Below are positions 1 through 5,916 of a DNA stretch of 14,707 nucleotides, one piece after another. This DNA comes from Promethearchaeota archaeon. GTDB lineage: Archaea; Asgardarchaeota; Odinarchaeia; Odinarchaeales; JBHLKK01. The position numbers were made by a program, and so were the translations under genes. The notes under the pieces are model-generated. The model was not told the DNA's origin. It saw only the letters and a list, made by a program, of their open reading frames with translations, and did not search any database. The stretch is from the NCBI GenBank assembly GCA_048939465.1, contig JBHLPL010000044.1:1-14707 (forward strand). Reading direction: 5' to 3'. Position 1 is the stretch's first letter, and every line of letters starts with the position of its first letter.

Positions 1-278
1 AGAAGCGCTGTGTTATCAAAATATCCCCTTGAGTCAAACTTTATTCGTTTACTGATTTCTTTTTGTAGTTCACGTTCGTTGCTAAACGTCCGCAAGAGCT
101 CCTCAGCTCTTTTAGTCTTGGGGAGTATATGTCCTTTAACGTATCTGTTCAGAACAGTTATTGGGAGCCCGGTTGCTTTTGACAAATTATCATAGGTATG
201 GGTTTTCTTTAGCAACCTTAGCAACTCGACAGCTCTTATCCGCTTTTCAATGTTCTTTAGGTGAATATCTTCACTCAA
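1..278 (-). CDS. N-terminal part of an archaeal HTH + phosphoribosyltransferase (PurR-like) protein; runs off the window edge
   Basis: Not in the ORF track. Manual translation from TTG at 278 (GGAGG just upstream): MSEDIHLKNIEKRIRAVELLRLLKKTHTYDNLSKATGLPITVLNRYVKGHILPKTKRAEELL...IKFDSRGYFDNTALL, open to base 1. The LRLLKK.TY..LS..TGLPITVLNRYVKGH.LP helix-turn-helix is typical of this archaeal family. The PRT domain would lie outside the window. Confidence 0.75.
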   Translation of the reverse strand, partial: MSEDIHLKNIEKRIRAVELLRLLKKTHTYDNLSKATGLPITVLNRYVKGHILPKTKRAEELLRTFSNERELQKEISKRIKFDSRGYFDNTAL

Positions 279-496
279 AAATACTCCTCCTACCAATGCA
301 CATCTCTCATAACCTCTGAGTGGATTTTCCATATTAAATTCTTTACATTCTAAACCTTCTCTCAAGGTTTCAACTTACGATTAAAACACACCGGCTATGT
401 CCTTCGCAGAAACAATTTATATTATGATAACAATTGAAATATAGTGCTGCAAATCGTCGGCAAATGATTAAGGTTAACTCATAAAAAGCATCAATT

Positions 497-604
497 GGGC
501 CCGTGGCCTAGCCAGGATAGGGCACTGGCCTCCTAAGCCAGTAGATCTACTTAGAATCTCTAAGTGGGGCTGATTCGCCGGTTCAAATCCGGCCGGGCCC
601 GCCA
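497..604 (+). tRNA. trnR-CCT: tRNA-Arg(CCT) with a 30-nt intron at 46/47 (545-574)
   Basis: Acceptor GGGCCCG/CGGGCCC, anticodon arm CTGGC-CTCCTAA-GCCAG, T arm GCCGG-TTCAAAT-CCGGC, encoded CCA. BHB: central helix CAGT/GCTG, bulges AG|A and AT|T, intron stem TCTACTTAGA/TCTAAGTGGG. Mature length 78 nt. Confidence 0.93.
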
Positions 605-609
605 ACGTT

Positions 610-1296
610 TTAAATCCTTTCGAGCTTTTCCACGTGATCAGCATACCCCACATATACAATGTGGGCCAGACCCGAAAAGATACCATTCTCGATTACTCCT
701 GGGATGTTGTTCAATTCTCTTTCAAGTATTGATGGCTCATCGATCTTATTGAATTTTACATCAAGTATGAAATTACCATTATCAGTAATAACCGGCCCTA
801 GCTTTCGACTTGCGTTCCTTAGGCTTACGTTCCCTCCCATTTCCTGCATTTTTCTTTTTACGAAATTATTGGCAAATGGCAGCACTTCTACCGGAACAGG
901 AACTCCCCCTATATTCTCCGAAAGCTTGGATGAATCTACGACGATTATCAGCATTGTTGCAGCGGCACCGACAATCTTTTCCCTGGTTAAAGCCGCGCCG
1001 CCACCTTTTATCAGATTTAAAGCTCGATCCACTTCATCGGCCCCATCTATAGCAATATTCAGAGAAGGATATTCGTCCAGTGAAGTCAACGGTATCCCGT
1101 TCTCTATGAGTTGATGGGCTGCTTGATGTGAACTCGGGACTGCTGAAATGTTAATTCCGTCTCGCTTCACTCTTTCTCCTAGAAGATCAATTACGTGAGT
1201 TATTGTCGTTCCACTCCCAATTCCCACGATATCCCCTTCTTTAACATGTTTTATGGCTTCTTCTCCAGCTAATCTTTTGCCCTTCTCATTAGTCAA
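610..1296 (-). CDS. rpiA: ribose-5-phosphate isomerase A
   Basis: Motifs GIGSGTT, DGADEVD, IKGGGAALTREK, PVITDNGNFILD, IPGVIENGIF. Start chosen at TTG 1296 behind GGAGG; the ORF track extends to 1323. Confidence 0.96.
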   Translation of the reverse strand: MTNEKGKRLAGEEAIKHVKEGDIVGIGSGTTITHVIDLLGERVKRDGINISAVPSSHQAAHQLIENGIPLTSLDEYPSLNIAIDGADEVDRALNLIKGGGAALTREKIVGAAATMLIIVVDSSKLSENIGGVPVPVEVLPFANNFVKRKMQEMGGNVSLRNASRKLGPVITDNGNFILDVKFNKIDEPSILERELNNIPGVIENGIFSGLAHIVYVGYADHVEKLERI

Positions 1297-1425
1297 GTTC
1301 TCTGTCCCTCCGCAAGCGTTCATTTCTATTAAAGGAACCCTTTAAGTATGATTTACATTACAAAATATATCTATTATAAACAATTTTATATAGAGATAGG
1401 ACACAAAAGCCAAATAACCTAGGAC

Positions 1426-2004
1426 ATGAGTCTATTCAAACCGGTCTTTTCTCTTAGCGCTTTGAGGATTGAGAAGAAGATGAGTGATGAGACAATCCGC
1501 AAGAGTTGGCTTGAGAAACAAATAGAAACAGCAGCTAAGAGAGATGCTATGAGCCTTTCTCATAGATTATTTGATATTTTCTTTGGTGCTGGCTTTGTTA
1601 CTCTGTTCTTAATATACTTCCTTCTTCATTACTTTCTATCAACAGGATTTTTCACTTCAGGATTTGGAAGACCAGAATTCTTCTTATTCTTCGTTCCCGC
1701 GCTCCTCGGTTTAGGGATAACTATGATGAGAGGAATTGTTGGTCGAAAGAACGTTATACGTCCTTTTGAAGTATTTCAATTGGGTCTTAGTGCAGTTGGT
1801 GTTGCTTGGCTGTTAGCGGTTTTTCCATTTGATTTTTCTCATTTTGCTGATATTCTGCCGGCTTCCGTCCAGATCCACCTGCAGTGGTTATCCAGTGATA
1901 TTGTCAGGGTGTTTATGGTACTGATACTCATAGGGACCTCCGTTGCCACCACTTATAATGCTTTGTTATATACTAATGTGCGCCAAAAACTCTCCATGGT
2001 TTAA
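1426..2004 (+). CDS. hypothetical integral membrane protein (about 4 TM segments)
   Basis: 192-aa ORF with four hydrophobic stretches (FFGAGFVTLFLIYFLL; FFLFFVPALLGLGITMM; VFQLGLSAVGVAWLLAVF; IVRVFMVLILIGTSV). No family recognised. True start may be ATG 1480. Confidence 0.7.
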   Translation: MSLFKPVFSLSALRIEKKMSDETIRKSWLEKQIETAAKRDAMSLSHRLFDIFFGAGFVTLFLIYFLLHYFLSTGFFTSGFGRPEFFLFFVPALLGLGITMMRGIVGRKNVIRPFEVFQLGLSAVGVAWLLAVFPFDFSHFADILPASVQIHLQWLSSDIVRVFMVLILIGTSVATTYNALLYTNVRQKLSMV

Positions 2005-2067
2005 GAGAATACATTAGTATGCACATATCGAGATTTCCTGGGCTCATTCAGCATAGTTATTAGTAGC

Positions 2068-2117
2068 GCGAACTACCTCATCTTTTCCGACGGAGTCCTC
2101 TTGCGGAGAAGAAGATA
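2068..2117. repeat. copy 1 of a 50-bp dispersed hairpin repeat (copy 2 at 7414-7463)
   Basis: 41/50 identity to copy 2 (31/34 over the core TTTCCGAYGGAGTCYTCTTKCGGAGAAGAAGATA). Internal stem TCTTTTCCG/CGGAGAAGA. Confidence 0.8.
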
Positions 2118-2156
2118 GGCTTTTGCAGAAGTAGAACGTTGTCATAATCTTACGGG

Positions 2157-2250
2157 TGGAGCCTCGGAAGGGATTTGAACCCTCGACCAACGGCTAAATG
2201 GTGATCTTGCACTACCATGCCGCCGCTCCACCGGGCTGAGCTACCGAGGC
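2157..2250 (-). tRNA. trnT-GGT: tRNA-Thr(GGT) with a canonical 17-nt 37/38 intron (2196-2212)
   Basis: Reverse complement GCCTCGG...CCGAGGC-T-CCA (U73 fits Thr). Anticodon arm GCGGC-ATGGTA|A-GCCGT. BHB helix ATGG/CCAT, bulges TA|G and TT|A. Mature length 77 nt. Confidence 0.93.
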
Positions 2251-2282
2251 TCTGTGTATTTGTAATTTCCAGTTTCCGATGT

Positions 2283-2288
2283 TTTAAA
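2283..2288 (-). promoter_or_regulatory. putative TATA box of tRNA-Thr(GGT)
   Basis: AAAAGA-TTTAAA on the minus strand about 33-38 nt upstream of tRNA position 1; similar boxes precede tRNA-Met and tRNA-Pro. Confidence 0.5.
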
Positions 2289-2420
2289 TCTTTTGCTATT
2301 TCAAGAACTGCTTAGAATGGGTTCGATAAAACCGATAAGAAAACGATATTGTAAATTCTCAAGAGACGGAAACACTACACTGGCTGGCAAATCCTGATTG
2401 ACTGAACATTTGGGTTCCAA

Positions 2421-2948
2421 TTACTTATGTTGCCTTTGTTTGAGGTACTCTTCTTTTAATATATCAAACGCAACACTGTCGTAGTATTTCCCGGCACGCA
2501 TACCTACTCCTCGCTCTCTACCTGCGCCCCTCATACCGTATTCTTTTACTATATCGATAAGCCAACTATTCCATGAAGGTATCCAGACGGATGCACTGTT
2601 TTTTGCGTCAAATTCCATAAACAAGTAAGACAGAGCTAGGTCAATAGCCTCTATAACTGCTTTCTTGTGTTCTTCGTTATGATTTGGAATTAGGAGATTT
2701 ATTCCACTGTAGCTGGTATAAATTATAATCATCCCCAGAAGCTTTGATCTGTCCTTTTTCTCGATGAGCATCCTAACTTCATGACTCTGCTTTGACCAAT
2801 CTTTATATTTTTTCTCCATCTGGGGAACAGTCAAAGGTAATAATATGCCGTCAGTGCCTCTCAGCTTTGGATTGCTGTACCAAGTTCGTATTGTCTCAAG
2901 GTCAGATTGTTCAACTATTCTCAGATGTATTGTTTCTCCCTTAATCAT
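2421..2948 (-). CDS. GNAT (RimJ/RimL-like) family protein with degenerate acetyl-CoA motif
   Basis: MIKGETIHLRIVEQSDL..., ending G.YYDSVAFDILKEEY. Clear paralog of the upstream GNAT and overlaps its stop by 8 nt. Confidence 0.82.
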   Translation of the reverse strand: MIKGETIHLRIVEQSDLETIRTWYSNPKLRGTDGILLPLTVPQMEKKYKDWSKQSHEVRMLIEKKDRSKLLGMIIIYTSYSGINLLIPNHNEEHKKAVIEAIDLALSYLFMEFDAKNSASVWIPSWNSWLIDIVKEYGMRGAGRERGVGMRAGKYYDSVAFDILKEEYLKQRQHK

Positions 2949-3477
2949 TGTGATACATCTCCAAGTACTCCTCTCTTAGCATATCGTAGCAGAGTGCATC
3001 CTGCCACTCTCCATCTCTCATAAACCCTTTCCGTATCCTTACAGCCAGTTTAAATCCGAGAGACTCTGAAAGTTTTTGAGCAGATATATTCCAACCGCCG
3101 GTCCATAGTGATAATTTATGGAAATTCTCTTCAAGAAAACAGATTCCTAATAATAGTTGAATCGCTTCAGTCCCATATCCTCCTCTTCGGAACTTCTCTT
3201 CACCAATTACAATACCAATCTCTGCTGAGTTGAAATCTCCAATTTGATAACTCACTGAGCCAATTAACTCTCCAGTTTTCTTTAAGACTATGGACAATCT
3301 ACGTTTTTTGTCATCGGATGTGTTCATGAATCTTTCCTGCTCGAAACGCTCAGCAGACATCGGGCTGTACCCACCAATCCACACTCCTCTCATATCATAG
3401 TCGTTATACCATTCTCGGATTTTAGATAAATCGTCTATCTCTATAGCTCGTAGGAATACCCTTTCACCTTCAAGCAA
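2941..3477 (-). CDS. GNAT (RimJ/RimL-like) N-acetyltransferase
   Basis: LEGERVFLRAIEIDDL, AEIGIVIGEEKFRRGGYGTEA (motif A), N.SAQKLSESLGFKL, GEWQDALCYDMLREE. Start taken as TTG 3477 behind GGTGA; the ORF track gives 3489. Confidence 0.9.
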   Translation of the reverse strand: MLEGERVFLRAIEIDDLSKIREWYNDYDMRGVWIGGYSPMSAERFEQERFMNTSDDKKRRLSIVLKKTGELIGSVSYQIGDFNSAEIGIVIGEEKFRRGGYGTEAIQLLLGICFLEENFHKLSLWTGGWNISAQKLSESLGFKLAVRIRKGFMRDGEWQDALCYDMLREEYLEMYHND

Positions 3478-3714
3478 GTAAATCACCAAACAAAATACAT
3501 TAACTAATAGATTATGTAGGCTAGCTATTTAATTTGTATCGTTCAGTCAAATTTCGCCAGCATGCCAAGAACAGAACAATTTGACCTTGTTAAAATATGA
3601 GGTTCAAGAATTGGAATTAACACAGACTAATTTAAAAAAGTAAATCTTGCTCTATAAAACCCAAAAAACCACATCGTATCGAGTCAAGGAATATCAACAT
3701 CTCCGGATTTTTCC

Positions 3715-4065
3715 CTATTGGATGTTGACCCTCTCGATCAGATGTGGACGTTTTAGCGGTATGATTATGTTCAGCCGGCCATTTTCAAACTTGGCCTCTG
3801 CTCTATTGGCATCTACCGGGGGAATCAGAGAGTAGCATCCTCCAAGATCTAAATCGTCTCTGGATCCTTTTATCCAAAGGCCCTGCTCAGAGACCTCCAA
3901 ATCTATATCTTCTCTCTCAACTCTGGGTAGCTCGACTTGAATGTAATAATTCATACTATCGTGATCCATAAGTACTGTAGGATTAATTATCGATTTGTAA
4001 CAGCTTTGACTGTCATTATTAATGCAAGTTGTTGAATCTACCTCACACTTTGATTCTCCAGACAA
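3715..4065 (-). CDS. small heat shock protein (Hsp20/alpha-crystallin domain)
   Basis: YYIQVELPRVEREDIDLEV...VDANRAEAKFENGRLNIIIPLK. TTG start behind GGAGGTG. Confidence 0.85.
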   Translation of the reverse strand: MSGESKCEVDSTTCINNDSQSCYKSIINPTVLMDHDSMNYYIQVELPRVEREDIDLEVSEQGLWIKGSRDDLDLGGCYSLIPPVDANRAEAKFENGRLNIIIPLKRPHLIERVNIQ

Positions 4066-4199
4066 TATAACACCTCCTACAGTTAGTAAATCCGGAAATA
4101 TAAAAACTACAATAATGAAAAACAGAATTCAATTTTGAACTGAGATTCCTTTGCCGAGTAAGTCTTATTAGGAAAAAAAGGCTCAATAGCCTCTAGAGT

Positions 4200-4365
4200 G
4201 CGAGGGTACCCAAGCTAGGTCAAAGGGGCGGGTACAGTTGATATAACTGTCGCTAAACTTAAGATCCCGTAGCGTAGAAAGCTACTAGATATCCTAGGCT
4301 TGTGAAAGCTTTCGAGGGTTCGAATTGATAGGTTTCTCATCACGAAAATCCCTCCCCTCGCACCA
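4200..4365 (+). tRNA. trnL-TAA: tRNA-Leu(TAA) with three introns: 30/31 (4233-4256), variable arm (4278-4307), 59/60 (4325-4348)
   Basis: Acceptor GCGAGGG/CCCTCGC-A-CCA. Removing 24+30+24 nt gives an 88-nt tRNA with CGGGA-CTTAAGA-TCCCG, variable arm AGC-GTAG-GCT and GAGGG-TTCGAAT-CCCTC. BHB helices GGCG/CGCT and TTCG/CGAA are clean; the variable-arm helix is relaxed. Confidence 0.88.
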
Positions 4366-4454
4366 CTTCTGGCCTTTTTCTAGAGAAAGATTATTCTAGC
4401 ACAAAATTTCTTATTTGTATGCCACTCATCTGTTTTCATCTGAGGGATCCAACC

Positions 4455-5588
4455 ATGTCCGGATATAAGGTAACTCCCTGGGAAGTTGAAGGAGTAGTCG
4501 ATTATGATAAGCTTACTGAAGAGTTTGGAACACAGAAAATCGACCAAGACTTGCTTCAAAGAATAAGCAAGCTTACGGGCGAAGTTCACTTATACCTTAG
4601 AAGAGGATTCTTCTTTTCTCATAGAGATCTAGACAAGGCGTTGGACGCTTACGAGTCTGGGAGTGGATTCTTCCTGTACACAGGGCGAGGTCCCACTGGC
4701 GATATGCATCTCGGTCACCTAATTCCCTTTCTATTCTGCAAATGGCTTCAAGACAAATTCCAAGCAAACCTGTACGTACAGATAACAGATGATGAAAAAT
4801 TCCTTCATAAGAAACCCCTATCTTTGCGTAGGACCCGGAAGTATTCCTATGAAAACATTTTAGACATAATTGCCTGTGGTCTTAATCCCGACAAGACTTT
4901 CATTTTTCAAGACAGTGAGTATACAAATATCTACCCTCTTGCCACAAAAATCGCAAAACGGATAACCTTTTCTACTGCCAAGGCAGTGTTCGGTTTTACG
5001 AGTCAGACTAATATTGGTATGATCTTCTTTCCAGCAATTCAAGCTGTACCATGTTTCCTTGAAAAGAAACAATGTCTAATTCCTGCTGCCATTGATCAAG
5101 ATCCTTATTGGCGAATACAAAGAGATGTGGCGCCAAAGCTTGGTTATAAGAAAACTGCTGCAATACATAGTAAATTCGTGCCCAGTCTAGAAGGTCCAAA
5201 GGGTAAGATGAGTGCCAGTAAGAAAGAGACCGCAATCTATCTGACTGATACGCCCAAAGATGTGAGAATGAAAATACAAAAACATGCTTTCACTGGAGGT
5301 CAGCCTACTGTAAAGGAACAAAAGGAAAAAGGAGGAAATCCGGACATATGTACTGTCCAACAATGGCTTTCGATATTCATAGAACCTGATGATGAGGCCG
5401 TAAAAGAACAGTATATACGCTGCAAACAAGGGACGCTTCTCTGTGGAGAACACAAGGAACTACTCGCAGAGAAGCTAAGTGCTTTTCTGAATGGACACCA
5501 AAGGCGACGGGAGGACGCCAGAGAATTGGTTGAGACGTTTAAGCATGAAGGAAAATTGGCTCAGACGATGTGGGTCAAGAAGTGGTAG
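4455..5588 (+). CDS. trpS: tryptophanyl-tRNA synthetase (archaeal/eukaryal type)
   Basis: VTPWEVEG, LYTGRGP, HLGH (HIGH), ITDDEKFL, CLIPAAIDQDPYWR, KMSAS (KMSKS), HAFTGGQ. Start at ATG 4455; the ORF track gives 4419. Confidence 0.97.
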   Translation: MSGYKVTPWEVEGVVDYDKLTEEFGTQKIDQDLLQRISKLTGEVHLYLRRGFFFSHRDLDKALDAYESGSGFFLYTGRGPTGDMHLGHLIPFLFCKWLQDKFQANLYVQITDDEKFLHKKPLSLRRTRKYSYENILDIIACGLNPDKTFIFQDSEYTNIYPLATKIAKRITFSTAKAVFGFTSQTNIGMIFFPAIQAVPCFLEKKQCLIPAAIDQDPYWRIQRDVAPKLGYKKTAAIHSKFVPSLEGPKGKMSASKKETAIYLTDTPKDVRMKIQKHAFTGGQPTVKEQKEKGGNPDICTVQQWLSIFIEPDDEAVKEQYIRCKQGTLLCGEHKELLAEKLSAFLNGHQRRREDARELVETFKHEGKLAQTMWVKKW

Positions 5589-5602
5589 ACTAAGGCAACA
5601 AG

Positions 5603-5612
5603 TTTTTTAAAT
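5603..5612 (+). promoter_or_regulatory. putative TATA box of tRNA-Met
   Basis: TTTTTTAAAT 26-35 nt upstream of tRNA position 1. Confidence 0.5.
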
Positions 5613-5637
5613 TATGAATAAGTGATAGTATAGGCGC

Positions 5638-5824
5638 GCCGAGGTGGCTCAGCCTGGTTAGAGCGCCGGACTAAGAACGGGCGATACTCATAATCTTAGA
5701 AGAATCGGGGTTCAGATGAGCCATCCGGAAACGGATGGTACAGAGGGATCATGCGCCTGAAGTCGCGGGTTCGAATCGTCCTGAGAACTCTTCTCTTGGC
5801 GAGACAGGCCCGCCCTCGGCACCA
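5638..5824 (+). tRNA. trnM-CAT: elongator tRNA-Met(CAT) with four putative introns: 30/31 (5670-5685), 37/38 (5693-5722), 45/46 (5731-5761), T-loop 59/60 or 60/61 (about 5776-5807)
   Basis: Acceptor GCCGAGG/CCTCGGC-A-CCA (GCC start fits elongator Met, not initiator or Ile2). Removing 16+30+31+32 nt from 187 nt gives a 78-nt cloverleaf: CCGGA-CTCATAA-TCCGG, AAGTC, GCGGG-TTCGAAN-CCCGC. Confidence 0.85.
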
Positions 5825-5916
5825 ATTACCACTTCTTCTAATCAAATATTTTATATTTGTTAAATATTTAATATGCTCATGTCCAAGAGAGTCTCAAAAA
5901 TTTGGGGTGTCGGGCA

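Noticed and set aside
2048-2145. Short minus-strand reading frames over the repeat copies (LSSSPQEDSVG / LSSSPKEDSIG)
   Set aside because: They follow trivially from the DNA repeat; copy 2 has no start codon, and all frames look equally plausible.
4270-4313. Alternative Leu variable arm formed by GGCTT-GTGA-AAGCT
   Set aside because: No BHB supports the junction it would need; AGC-GTAG-GCT matches the usual archaeal Leu arm.
5693-5722. Similarity of the Met 37/38 intron to the Arg intron (ATCT....AGAATC, both 30 nt)
   Set aside because: Only about 12/30 identity, confined to the 5' half and at different sites; chance is likely.
5714-5760. Box C/D guide inside pre-tRNA-Met (AGATGAG...CTGA, with GGATCATG resembling the antisense of the anticodon loop)
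   Set aside because: The C box is degenerate, the two boxes lie in different introns, the guide has several mismatches, and the D+5 rule points to A35 rather than C34.
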